A stretch of 64,000 nt of DNA from an uncultured Acidobacteriota bacterium (GTDB taxonomy: Bacteria > Acidobacteriota > Thermoanaerobaculia > UBA5066). The translations under genes were made by a program, and so were the position numbers. Below the pieces are notes generated by a model. It was not told the origin of the DNA and ran no database searches. It saw only the letters and a program-made list of their open reading frames with translations. The stretch is from NCBI GenBank assembly GCA_963776915.1, contig CAVZPE010000019.1:7994-71993 (forward strand), read 5' to 3'. Every line of letters begins with the position of its first letter. Position 1 is the first letter of the stretch. Shown here piece by piece: positions 54,055-63,702 of this stretch.

Positions 54055-55068
54055 TCAGAGTCCCTTCTCGACGAGGAGCGCGGCGAAGTCGGCGAGGCGG
54101 GCGGAGTATCCCCACTCGTTGTCGTACCACACGAGGACCTTCGCGACGCGCTGGGCGAGGACCATGGTGGAGTCGCGGTCGACGATCGCCGAGTGCGTGT
54201 CGCCGAGGATGTCGCTCGAGACGAGCGCCTCGTCGGCGACGCGGAGGATGCCCTTGAGCGCGGGGGTCTCGGCGGCGTTCGCGAGCGCCCCGTTGATGGA
54301 GTCCGGCGTGGCGTCCTTCTGCAGAATCGCGACGATGTCCGTGATCGAGCCGTCGGGAACCGGGACGCGGAGCGCCATGCCGTCCATCCTTCCCTTCAGC
54401 TCGGGAAGGACGAGCGCCGTGGCCTTCGCGGCGCCCGTCGAGGTCGGGACGATCGAGAGCGCGGCGGCGCGCCCTCTCCTGCGCTTGCGCGTCGGGGCGT
54501 CCATGAGCGACTGGCTCGACGTGTACGCGTGGACCGTCGTGATCATGAGGTGCTCGACGCCGAACGTCTCGTGGAGGACCTTCGCGACGGGGGCGAGGGA
54601 GTTCGTCGTGCAGGAGGCCATCGAGACGACGTGGTGCTTCGCGGGGTCGTACGTGTGGGCGTTCACGCCGAGGACGAACGTGCCGTCCGGATCGTCCGCG
54701 GGCGCCGAGATCACGACCTTCTTCGCGCCGGCCGCCAGGTGCTTGGCGGCGTCCGCGCGCTTGCGGAAGGCGCCCGAGCACTCGACGACGACGTCCGCTC
54801 CCGAGGCACCCCACGGGAGCGCGGCAGGATCCTTCGAGGAGAAAAACGGGATCTTCATGCCGTCGACGACGAGCTCGTGGTCCGTGACCGAGACCCGGTG
54901 GTTCCACCAGCCGTGGACGGAGTCGTACTTGAGGAGATAGGCGAGGTCCCCAAGATCCGCGAGGTCGTTGATTCCGGCAACGACGGCGCCCCGCTGCAGG
55001 AGGTGCTTGAAGAGACAGCGGCCGATGCGGCCGAACCCGTTGATCCCGACGCGAACCGGAGTCGTCAT
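54055..55068 (-). CDS. gap: Type I glyceraldehyde-3-phosphate dehydrogenase
   Basis: INGFGRIG, YDSVHG, ASCTTN, TTVHAYT, PTSTGAA and WYDNEWG. Confidence 0.95.
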   Translation of the reverse strand: MTTPVRVGINGFGRIGRCLFKHLLQRGAVVAGINDLADLGDLAYLLKYDSVHGWWNHRVSVTDHELVVDGMKIPFFSSKDPAALPWGASGADVVVECSGAFRKRADAAKHLAAGAKKVVISAPADDPDGTFVLGVNAHTYDPAKHHVVSMASCTTNSLAPVAKVLHETFGVEHLMITTVHAYTSSQSLMDAPTRKRRRGRAAALSIVPTSTGAAKATALVLPELKGRMDGMALRVPVPDGSITDIVAILQKDATPDSINGALANAAETPALKGILRVADEALVSSDILGDTHSAIVDRDSTMVLAQRVAKVLVWYDNEWGYSARLADFAALLVEKGL

Positions 55069-55162
55069 GAGAAAAGACCTCCGGGGCCGTGCGTCCGCAC
55101 GCGCCCCGGTGGGATCTTAAAGGCCGGGAGGGGAGCCGGCCTGAATCCGATGCATCAGTCCG

Positions 55163-55771
55163 TCATTTCCCGGCGACCGCCACGGGCGCCGCGGGCGGCT
55201 GCGGGTCGGGCACGAGGTTCGAGACGGGAGGGATCGAGCGAAGGTACGCGTAGATCGACTTGAGGTCCTCGTCGGTCAGGTTCCGGTACGCGGGCCACGG
55301 CATGGGCGGGAGGATCTCGCGCGACACCCCGAAGTGCTTGCCCCTCCGGATCGCATTCACGAAATCCTCCTCGCGCCAGATCCCGAGGCCGGTGTTCTGG
55401 TCGGGCGTGAGGTTCGCGGCGTAGCTGACGCCCCAGGGGCCGGCGAACGCCGTGTTCGTCGCGGCGCCGGACCAGAGCCACGGGCCCTGGGCGGCTGGGG
55501 CAGGCGGCATCTTCAGGGCGGCCGGGTGGCCCGAGAGCATCCGCGTCATGTCCGGCTCGGGGCCCTTGGCGCCCATCTTCCACGGCGTGTGGCAGTCGTT
55601 GCAGCCCATGGCCGAGACGAGGTACTTGCCGCGCTCCACACGAGATTGAACGGCGTCCTTGCGCGAGGCCTGCGCGGCGGTGGACGAGAAGAGGATGGCG
55701 ACGGCGGCGGCGAGACCGGCGCCGGCGGCGACGGCGATCGCGGTGCGGGAGGCCCTGCGGGTTTCGTTCAT
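55163..55771 (-). CDS. Exported c-type cytochrome (single CxxCH)
   Basis: Signal/TM, RGKYL...CNDCH, ANLTPD and MPW distal Met. Confidence 0.85.
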   Translation of the reverse strand: MNETRRASRTAIAVAAGAGLAAAVAILFSSTAAQASRKDAVQSRVERGKYLVSAMGCNDCHTPWKMGAKGPEPDMTRMLSGHPAALKMPPAPAAQGPWLWSGAATNTAFAGPWGVSYAANLTPDQNTGLGIWREEDFVNAIRRGKHFGVSREILPPMPWPAYRNLTDEDLKSIYAYLRSIPPVSNLVPDPQPPAAPVAVAGK

Positions 55772-55817
55772 GGTCTCCTGTCCTTTCGTGTCGTGCGTGG
55801 CGTGCTGCCTCGGGCGT

Positions 55818-56624
55818 TCAGGCGGCGGCGGCGTGCGCGAGCGCGGCGAGGAGCGCCTGCTGGCCCGGGGCGGCCACACGCCCCTCGAGCGGGAACGAGG
55901 CGGCGCGCGCGATGACGCGGCCCGCGGCGGAGGCCTCGACCGGCGGCAGGTGCCCGCTGAGGAGCCACGAGATCCCGAGGTCCGCATAGGCCTTGAGCGA
56001 CGCCTCGTAGCGGTCGGGCCGCATGTCCACGAGCCAGGGCGAGTTCGCCCGGCAGAAGACGGACATCCCCTCGAGGACGGCCTTCTCGTCCACGTCCGCG
56101 AACGTCTCGGCCATCGCCGGCACGAACGCGCCGAACGCGTCCGACGTGAAGAGCGCGCGGCTCTTCGAGTCGAAGAACGAGGTCGTGGACGGGTCGTCGT
56201 ACATCGGGGGCCTCAGGGCGTGGAGGACGCGGTCGCCCACGGCGAGCGCCTCGCCGGGGTTCACCCAGGTGACGCGCGGCATCGGCGGGTCGAAGGACGC
56301 GCTGAGCTTTCCGGTCGTGATCCAGTTCATCGCGAGGCGTGCCTTCGGCGCCCGCGCGAGGAGCGGCTCGAGCGCGCCCGTGTGGTCGTCGTCCGCATGC
56401 GTGACGACGATCCACGCGAGGTCCTTCGGGTCGAGAACGCTCTCGAGAGCCTCCACGAAGCCCGCGCGCCCGCGGACCGCGCCGGTGTCGACGAGGACGG
56501 GCTGCTTGCCGAGGAGGAGGTACGACTGGATCGGCAGGAAGCCGCGGCCCGGGACGGGGGCGGCCTGCGCGAGGACGACGAGGTCGGGCAGGAGGCGGTG
56601 GACGGTCGTGGCGGCTTTGTTCAT
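55818..56624 (-). CDS. Stand-alone MBL-fold di-iron-type domain (ODP / FprA N-domain-like)
   Basis: LVDTG, THADDDHTG and TSDAFG; no flavodoxin domain. Confidence 0.75.
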   Translation of the reverse strand: MNKAATTVHRLLPDLVVLAQAAPVPGRGFLPIQSYLLLGKQPVLVDTGAVRGRAGFVEALESVLDPKDLAWIVVTHADDDHTGALEPLLARAPKARLAMNWITTGKLSASFDPPMPRVTWVNPGEALAVGDRVLHALRPPMYDDPSTTSFFDSKSRALFTSDAFGAFVPAMAETFADVDEKAVLEGMSVFCRANSPWLVDMRPDRYEASLKAYADLGISWLLSGHLPPVEASAAGRVIARAASFPLEGRVAAPGQQALLAALAHAAAA

Positions 56625-56677
56625 CGTGTTCTCCTTCGTGACGCCGCAAACGTGCGGCCTTCACGGGGGAGTCGCCA

Positions 56678-56737
56678 CCTAAGAAGTCGCTACGCGCGCC
56701 TTGAGAACTTCCTATGCTTCCTAAGCGTTTCCTAAGC
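56678..56737. promoter_or_regulatory. Direct repeats (TT)CCTAWG in the divergent intergenic region
   Basis: CCTAAG at 56678, CCTATG at 56711, CCTAAG at 56720 and 56731. Confidence 0.55.
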
Positions 56738-56757
56738 GCTGCGATAATCCTTCCGCC

Positions 56758-57234
56758 GTGAAATCCGTCCTCGAGAACCTGCCGCGAATCCTCGCGGGAC
56801 ACGACGCGATCGCCGTCGGAACGCGCGACGACGCGCTGCGGCCCGCGTGCTCGATGGCGGTGGGCGTGGCGTTCCCGGGGGAGGGCCGCGCGACCGTCTA
56901 CGTGCCCGAGGCGACGGGGGAGAGGACGCTCCGCGACCTCGAGGCGAACGGAATGATCGCCGTCGTCTTCGAGGAGATCTCGACCCACCACACGATCCAG
57001 GTGAAGGGCCGTGTCGCCGAGATCCGTCCGGCCGGCGAGGACGAGCGCGCCCTCGTCGAGCGCTCGATCGGCGGCTTCTTCGCGCAGGTCGAGGCGCACG
57101 GCGCCCTGCCGAGCGTCGTGCGCAAGAAGAGGCGCTGGCCCTGCCGCGCCGTCACGTTCACCGTCGCGGAGGTCTTCGAGCAGACGCCGGGCCCGAAGGC
57201 GGGGACGCCGTTCGTCGCGGGGAGCGCACGGTGA
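56758..57234 (+). CDS. Pyridoxamine 5'-phosphate oxidase-like split-barrel protein
   Basis: AIAVGTRDDALRP, LRDLEANG.IAV and TIQVKG; stop overlaps the next GTG. Confidence 0.7.
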   Translation: MKSVLENLPRILAGHDAIAVGTRDDALRPACSMAVGVAFPGEGRATVYVPEATGERTLRDLEANGMIAVVFEEISTHHTIQVKGRVAEIRPAGEDERALVERSIGGFFAQVEAHGALPSVVRKKRRWPCRAVTFTVAEVFEQTPGPKAGTPFVAGSAR

Positions 57235-58598
57235 CGCCGCGCCTTGGGGACCTCATGCGCTGCTTCCAGGGGATCATTCCGTGCGCGATCGCGACGTGCT
57301 CCGCGGAGGGCGTCCCGAACGTGACCTTCATCAGCCAGGTCCACTACGTCGGCCCTTCGCACCTCGCGGTCTCCTGCCAGTTCTTCAACAAGACGAAACG
57401 GAACCTCGAGGAGAACCCGTTCGCGACGGTCGAGTTCTGGGACCCCGTGACCTTTCAGGCGTTCCGCGCGGGCCTGAGGTACGTGCGCTCGGAGACGTCC
57501 GGCCCCCTCTTCGAGACGATGGCCCACCGCATCGAGGTCATCGGCTCGCACACCGGGATGGCCGGCGTCTTCAAGCTGCGCTCGGCGGACGTGTGCGAGG
57601 TCCTCTGGCTCGAGGAGGTCGAGGGATTCCTCGACGAGAGCGCCGAGCCGCCCGAGGCGCCGATCGCGGACGGGCCGATGAACGAGTTCCGCGCCCTGTC
57701 CCTCGTGTCCGGGCGCATCAACCGGGCGCGCGACCTCGAGAGCCTCTACCGGGACGTCCTCGAGGCGCTCGAGGAGGTCTTCCGGTTCCGCCACTCGATC
57801 GTCTTCCTCGCGGACGAGAGGGCGGGGACCCTCACGGCGATCGCGAGCCACGGCTACGGCGAGAGCGGGATCGGCGCGGAGGTCGGGATGGGCGAGGGGC
57901 TCGTCGGGTACGTCGCGGCCAAGCGCGTCCCGATCCGCCTCTCCGGGATGGACCAGCTCCTGCGCTACGGCCGCGCGGTCCGCGGCCGCGTCGAGGTCGC
58001 GGGCGACGCGTCCGCGCTGACGGCCGAGGTCCCGCTCCCGGGCCTCCCGGACGCCGAGAGCCAGCTCGCGCTCCCGCTCGTCGTCGAGGACCGGCTCCTC
58101 GGCGTCCTCGCGATCGAGAGCCGCAACCCGCTCGCGTGCGCGGAGTGGCACGAGGCGTTCCTCTCGGTCCTCGCGAACCAGATCGCGATCGGGATCGACC
58201 GGCTGTCGGAGGCCGAAGAGGAGCCGGCCCCGGCCGAGCCCTGCGCGGCGCCGGCATCGGCCGCGGGCCCGCCGCGGGCGTTCCTGTATTTCCGGAACGA
58301 CGATTGCGTGTTCGTGGACGGGGAGTACCTCGTCCGCAACGTGCCCGCGAAGATCTTCTGGAAGCTCCTGAACGAGCACGTGAGGACCGGCCGGCGCGAG
58401 TTCACGAACCGCGAGCTGCGGCTCGACCCGTCGCTCGGGCTGCCGCCCGTCAAGGACAACCTCGAGAGCCGGCTCATCCTTCTCAAGAAGCGTCTCGAGG
58501 AGCGGTGCTTCGGCGTGCGCATCGTGCCGGTCCGCCGGGGCCGCTTCGCCCTCGAGGTCGCGGGCCCGGTCACGCTCGAGGAGCGCGAGAAAGGCTGA
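57231..58598 (+). CDS. One-component regulator: PNPOx-like, GAF and winged-helix domains
   Basis: IATCSAEGVPNV..SQ...FNKT (PNPOx); GEGLVGYVA...ALPL..EDRLLGVL (GAF); KLL...NREL...LESRLILLKKRL (wHTH). Confidence 0.75.
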   Translation: MTPRLGDLMRCFQGIIPCAIATCSAEGVPNVTFISQVHYVGPSHLAVSCQFFNKTKRNLEENPFATVEFWDPVTFQAFRAGLRYVRSETSGPLFETMAHRIEVIGSHTGMAGVFKLRSADVCEVLWLEEVEGFLDESAEPPEAPIADGPMNEFRALSLVSGRINRARDLESLYRDVLEALEEVFRFRHSIVFLADERAGTLTAIASHGYGESGIGAEVGMGEGLVGYVAAKRVPIRLSGMDQLLRYGRAVRGRVEVAGDASALTAEVPLPGLPDAESQLALPLVVEDRLLGVLAIESRNPLACAEWHEAFLSVLANQIAIGIDRLSEAEEEPAPAEPCAAPASAAGPPRAFLYFRNDDCVFVDGEYLVRNVPAKIFWKLLNEHVRTGRREFTNRELRLDPSLGLPPVKDNLESRLILLKKRLEERCFGVRIVPVRRGRFALEVAGPVTLEEREKG

Positions 58599-59094
58599 CG
58601 TCCGGCGGCGCGGCGGCGCGTTCCCGCCGCCGCTCGAGGCTCCTCCCGAGAATCCCGTCCAGCGAGAGCGCGCCGGGACCCAGGGTCAGGACGACGACCG
58701 ACACGAAGAGGAACCAGAACGGGTCGGCCCTGAGGAACGCGTCGAGGTCGTGGAAGACGCCGAAGAGAGCCGGGCGGTCCGCGGTCACGTACGCGACGAG
58801 CATGTTGCACGTGAGGAGGAGCGCGATCGGCCGCGAGAAGAGGCCGAGAAGGAGGAGCGCGCCCCCGACCAGCTCGAGCCCGCCGATGAACCACGCGTTG
58901 AGGCCCGGCATCGGAATCCCGAGCGACGTGAAGAAGTCCGCCACGCGCGCATGGTTCTCGAGCTTGCCGAGCCCCGTGACGAGGAACTGCCACCCCCAGA
59001 CGAGGCGCAGGACGAGGAGGACGACGTTCCCGAGCGGCGCGAAGGCGCGCTCGAGGCGATCCGTGAGGGCGGCGTAGAGGCCGGAGATCGACAT
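58570..59094 (-). CDS. DoxX family membrane protein
   Basis: LVLRLVWGWQFLVTGLGKL, ELVGGALLLLGL.SR and GPGALSLD. Confidence 0.88.
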   Translation of the reverse strand: MSISGLYAALTDRLERAFAPLGNVVLLVLRLVWGWQFLVTGLGKLENHARVADFFTSLGIPMPGLNAWFIGGLELVGGALLLLGLFSRPIALLLTCNMLVAYVTADRPALFGVFHDLDAFLRADPFWFLFVSVVVLTLGPGALSLDGILGRSLERRRERAAAPPDVSLSRAPRA

Positions 59095-59100
59095 GGCCTT

Positions 59101-59128
59101 GAATGACGTCGCGGGCTCGGACTATTCC
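59101..59128 (-). promoter_or_regulatory. ECF-type promoter of doxX (leaderless)
   Basis: GGAATA-N14-CGTCATTC, 6 nt from ATG; matches 60628-60655. Confidence 0.7.
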
Positions 59129-59163
59129 GGGAGGCGCGCGAAGCGGAGCACGCCTCCCGGATC

Positions 59164-60024
59164 TCAGCGCGCGGCGAACGCCGTCGCGAGGGCGGGGAGG
59201 ACGAGCTCTCCGAGGCGCATCGCCTCGTCGTCGCTCGCGCTCGTCACGAGGAAGACGAGCCGCCCGTCGGCCGCGCTCGTCCCGACGACGGCGAGCCCGT
59301 CGCGGCGTCCGCCGTTCGCGAGGCCCGCGAGCCTCACGTTCGAGGCGAGGGAGGAGCCCGGCCGCGTCGCGATCACGGAGACGAGGTCGTTCTTCGACGT
59401 GGAGCCGTTCTTCCGGTAGACGATGTGGAAGATCTTCTCGCCGGCGTGGCTGCACTCGTGCGCGGTGACCGGCACGTAGCCCGGCAGGCGGCCGGCGGCC
59501 GCCGCGACGGCCGCCTTGAGCTCGGGATCGAGCTGCGCGCCCAGGTCCGCGGCCGCGGGGACCGGCGTCTTCGACCACTTGTCGAAGCGCAGGGCGCAGT
59601 TCTTGTGGTTGAGGGCGGCGAAGAGGAACGCCTTCGCGTCGCGGGCGGCCGCCAGGTTCGTCGCGGGCGACCCCGCCGTGCGGGAGAGCAGGAGCAGTGT
59701 CCCCGCGCCGGCCGCGGCGACGAGCGAGGCCGCGAGGAGGAGCGACGTGGCGGTTCCGGCCGACGGGACGGGAGTCCTTGCGAGGCGCGCGCGGAGCTCG
59801 GCCTCGAAGCCCTCGCGCGGCTCGGGGGCGGCGGCGGCGATCCGGCGGACCGCGGCGCGCAGGTTCTCACGCGCCTTGAGCTCACTCGAGCACGCCGCGC
59901 ACCGGTCGAGGTGCTCGAGGATCTCGTGCGAGAGGTCGACGGAGAGCTCTCCGGCGAGGTACGAGTCCAGGCGGCGGCGCACCTTCGCGCAGCCGTAGTC
60001 CCTCACGTTCAGGGCGGCGTTCAC
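59164..60024 (-). CDS. zf-HC2 (ZAS) anti-sigma factor
   Basis: CAKVRRRLDSYL and HLDRCAAC, TM segment, periplasmic HEC...KIFHIVY. Confidence 0.85.
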   Translation of the reverse strand: MNAALNVRDYGCAKVRRRLDSYLAGELSVDLSHEILEHLDRCAACSSELKARENLRAAVRRIAAAAPEPREGFEAELRARLARTPVPSAGTATSLLLAASLVAAAGAGTLLLLSRTAGSPATNLAAARDAKAFLFAALNHKNCALRFDKWSKTPVPAAADLGAQLDPELKAAVAAAAGRLPGYVPVTAHECSHAGEKIFHIVYRKNGSTSKNDLVSVIATRPGSSLASNVRLAGLANGGRRDGLAVVGTSAADGRLVFLVTSASDDEAMRLGELVLPALATAFAAR

Positions 60025-60605
60025 GGCGTCCCTCCCTGGGCGGCCGGTCTCCCCGCGACGATCGTCGCGGCGGCGGCCGTCCCGCGCACCTTCTCCCGCA
60101 GCGCAGCGCGCGCCCGGGACAGGCGCGACATGACCGTGCCGATCGGCACGCGGAGGATGGCGGCGATTTCCTTGTAGGTGAATTCCTCGACGTCGGACAG
60201 GAGGAGGATCTGCCTGTGCTCGGGCGAGATCCCGTCCAGCGCGGCCGCGACCTCCTCGTCCTTGATCTCGGTGGGGGTCGGCTCCTCGGCGGCCAGCGTC
60301 TCGGCGAGCTGGGCCTCGCCCTCGGCACCGAGCGTGAACGGGACCTTCTTGCGGCTGCGCTGCTGGTTCACGTTCCAGAGGATCTTGTAGAGCCACGCGC
60401 GGCAGTTCGTGCCCCGCTCGAATTTTCCGAACGACTTCCAGGCCTGGAGAAAGACCTCGGCGGCGAGGTCCTCGGCCTCGGCGGGCCGCCGCGTGAGGCG
60501 GAGCGCGGCCCGCGTGATCTCGCGGAAATGCGGCCACGCCTCGCGGTCGAAGTCCGCCCTGAGCGCTTGTTCGGCGTCGGCCGGTCGCGGGCGGAAGAGG
60601 GACAT
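60021..60605 (-). CDS. ECF RNA polymerase sigma factor
   Basis: AEDLAAEVFL.AW, WLYKI and YKEIAAIL.VPIGTVMSRLSRAR. Confidence 0.93.
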   Translation of the reverse strand: MSLFRPRPADAEQALRADFDREAWPHFREITRAALRLTRRPAEAEDLAAEVFLQAWKSFGKFERGTNCRAWLYKILWNVNQQRSRKKVPFTLGAEGEAQLAETLAAEEPTPTEIKDEEVAAALDGISPEHRQILLLSDVEEFTYKEIAAILRVPIGTVMSRLSRARAALREKVRGTAAAATIVAGRPAAQGGTP

Positions 60606-60627
60606 GCGGGCAAGGGCCTCCGGATGT

Positions 60628-60655
60628 GAATGCCGCTTCGGATCGGCATTATTCC
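60628..60655 (-). promoter_or_regulatory. ECF-type autoregulatory promoter
   Basis: GGAATA-N14-CGGCATTC upstream of the GGAGG RBS of the sigma gene. Confidence 0.7.
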
Positions 60656-60683
60656 CCGGGAACTAGAATTCCCCCCTCACCCG

Positions 60684-63354
60684 ATGAGTCTCACCGCAGG
60701 AACCAGGCTCGGCCCGTACGAGATCCTTGCCCCTCTCGGCGCCGGCGGCATGGGGGAGGTCTACCGGGCCCGCGACACGCGCCTGGAGCGGGAGGTCGCG
60801 GTCAAGGTCCTGCCGGAGGCGCTCGCCGGAAGCCCCGAGGCGCTCGCCCGATTCGCGAGCGAGGCACGGGCCGTCGCCGCGCTCTCGCATCCCAACATCC
60901 TCGCGCTGTTCGACGTCGGCGAGGAGGGCGGCGTTCGCTACGCCGTCAGCGAGCTGCTGGAAGGCGAAACGCTTCGCGTGGCGATGGCCCACGGCCCGAT
61001 CCCGCCGCGGCGGGCGCTCGACATCGCCCGTGAGGTGGCCGACGGCCTCGCGGCGGCTCACGAGAAGGGGATCGTCCACCGCGACGTCAAGCCCGAGAAC
61101 GTCTTCCTGACGAAAGACGGGCGGGCCAAGGTTCTCGACTTCGGGCTCGCCCGCCACGACGTCTCGCGCCGCGATCCGGGCGACACGCGCTCGCCGACGC
61201 TCGCGGCGATCAGCGAAAAGGGAGTCGTCCTGGGAACGGTGGCGTACATGTCGCCCGAGCAGGCGCGGGGCACGACGGTCGACTTCCGGAGCGACCAGTT
61301 CTCCCTCGGCGCCCTCCTCTACGAGATGCTCGCGGGCGACAAGCCGTTCGAGGCCGCGTCCGTGCCCGAAACGCTGACGGCCATCATCCGCGACGAACCG
61401 GAGCCGCTCGAGAAGAGAGCCCCTCACGTCCCGGCGCCGGTCCGCTGGCTCGTCGAACGGCTGCTCGCCAAGGAGCCGTCCGAGCGCTACGACGCGACCC
61501 GGGACGTCGCGCGCGACTTGAAGGGCCTTCGCGATCACCTGTCGACGTGGACGTCGAGCCCGACGCCGTCGAATCGGACGGTGAGGAGAGCCTCCCGCTG
61601 GATCCCGCTCGTCGCGGGCGGTCTGCTCCTTCTCGTCCTCGGGGCGATGGCGGGCCGGCGTACGGCCCCGCCTCCTCTCGCACCGCCGCGGCTGGCGTAC
61701 ATCACGTCCTCGGGACGGGACGGCGACCCGGCGATCTCGCCGGACGGGCGCCTGTGCGCGTTCGCCTCCAGCCGCGACGGCGTGTCCCGAATCTGGCTCA
61801 AGCAGCTGGCCGACGGATCCGAGATCGCGCTGACCGCGGGCCCGGACCTGGCACCTCGGTTCACACCCGACTCGGCGGGCATCTTCTTCATCCGGCAGGA
61901 GCCCTCCGCCCCGGCGCTCTACCGGGTGCCCACCCTCGGCGGACCGCCCCAGCGCGTGCTGGCGAATGCGGCCGAGGCCGACGTGTCCCCGGACGGAACT
62001 CGCGTCGCGTTCGTCCGAATCCGCGCCTCGGAGTCGGGGCCGACCCCGGAGCTCTGGGTGGCGGGGGCCGACGGCAGCGGAGAGCGACTGGTGGACACGG
62101 CGGAGACCGTTCAACTTCGCTCGCCACGATGGTCGCCCGACGGGAAATGGGTCGCGACGACCCGTGGGGCTGATCAACATCGGATCGCCGTGGAAGGTCG
62201 TGCTCGTCAATCCCGATACCGCCGAGAAGCGAACCCTCCCCGCCCCGGCCGGCCTCGGAGAGCTCTCGAATGTCGCGTGGACGCGGGACGGCCGCGCCCT
62301 CGTCTACGGCCGCCGGGACCAGGCCATCGTCCCGTCGAGCGAAGGCGCCTACTCCCTCCAGGATGTGGGAACGGGCGCTCTCCGGACGGTCGCGTTCTCG
62401 CTCGGCGTCGGCCAGGGGCTCGACATCGCGGCCCCCGGTCGTCTGATCGTGACGTCGCTCGTGATTCCGACAAACCTGCTCGAGATCCCGCTGGCGGGCG
62501 GTGACAAGGACGCGAAAGTGGCTCACGCGGGGATCCAGGTCAACTTCCAGCCGCTCCTCGCGGGAGACGGCGAGACGCTCGTGTTCACCTCGAACCGGGA
62601 CGGCAACAGCGACATCTGGGAGCTGAACCGGCGATCCAGCGCCGTGCGCCGGCTCACGAGCCACCCCGCGAGCGACGCCGACGTCTTCCTGAGCCGGGAC
62701 GGGAAGACCCTGCTCTGGTCCTCGGCCCGCACGGGCCACTTCGAGATCTGGGGAGCCGGAGGAGACGGAAGCGCGCCCCACCGGATCTCCGACGACGGCG
62801 TGGACGCCGAGAATCCCTCGCTCTCCCGGGACGGCTCGACGATCGTCTACGTCTCCTTCAACGAAAAGAAATCGGGCATCTGGACCATCCGTCCGGACGG
62901 AACGAACGCCCGGCTCCTCGTTCCCGGCCGCAACATCCTGCCCGAGATCTCTCCGGACGGAGAATGGGTTTCCTTCGTGAGCCAGGGATCCCTGAGCATC
63001 CGGGGTGTGCGTCTCGCGGACGGCGCGCCCGTTTTCCGGATCTCCGACGTCCCGCAGGGGAACGGCTTCATCTCGGGCCGTCACCGGTGGCTGCCGGATG
63101 GCCGCGGCATCGCGTTCCTCGGGGGCGACGGAGCCGGGACGGCGCTCTACGTGCAGGACGTCGTGCCCGGCGCGGACACCTCGGCGACGCGGCGAAAGCT
63201 CGCGACGTTCGAGCCGGACGTCGAGCTCCACTCGTTCGGCCTCGCCCCGGACATGAGCTTCGCCGTCGTCGCGGCGCGGCAGCCCGCCTCGAACCTGATG
63301 GAGATCAGCGGGCTCCCGCCCGAGATCGCTCCGGCCGGCACTCGCCGGCCCTGA
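60684..63354 (+). CDS. Hanks-type Ser/Thr kinase with TM and TolB/PD40 beta-propeller, indel near 62175
   Basis: GAGGMGEV, VAVK, HRDVKPEN, DFG and YMSPE; repeated P..SPDG. Confidence 0.9.
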
Positions 63355-63357
63355 CGG

Positions 63358-63627
63358 TCAGTGCCCGGAGCAGGCCGGGACGGCACCGAGGGCGACTTCG
63401 TTCCCCGTGCGGGCGATCTTGCCCTTGCGCTCGAAGAACGCGAGAAGGGCGTCGAAGTCGAAGAGGTCGCCGTGGCAGTTCCCGAAGACCGCGTCCGCGC
63501 CCGAAGGTCCGCGCCGCGGCGGCTCTGGAGCTCGAACACGGTGCAGTCGTCCGCCGCGCACGGCGACGAGGGACAGGACGTCGTGGCCGGGGACGACGGT
63601 CGCGGGGACGGGCTCGGGCGTGGACAT
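63358..63627 (-). CDS. YecH-like (DUF2492) small metal-binding protein, probably with compensating indels
   Basis: GHDVL...FG.DAVF.NC...LLAFFERKGK...C..H pattern resembles E. coli YecH. Confidence 0.65.
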   Translation of the reverse strand: MSTPEPVPATVVPGHDVLSLVAVRGGRLHRVRAPEPPRRGPSGADAVFGNCHGDLFDFDALLAFFERKGKIARTGNEVALGAVPACSGH

Positions 63628-63702
63628 GCCGTGCATGTTAGGGCCGGCGGCGCCCGGCGGGTATGACGTCCGTCATACGCGCCGGGAAGCCGTTCGGGAC
63701 CG

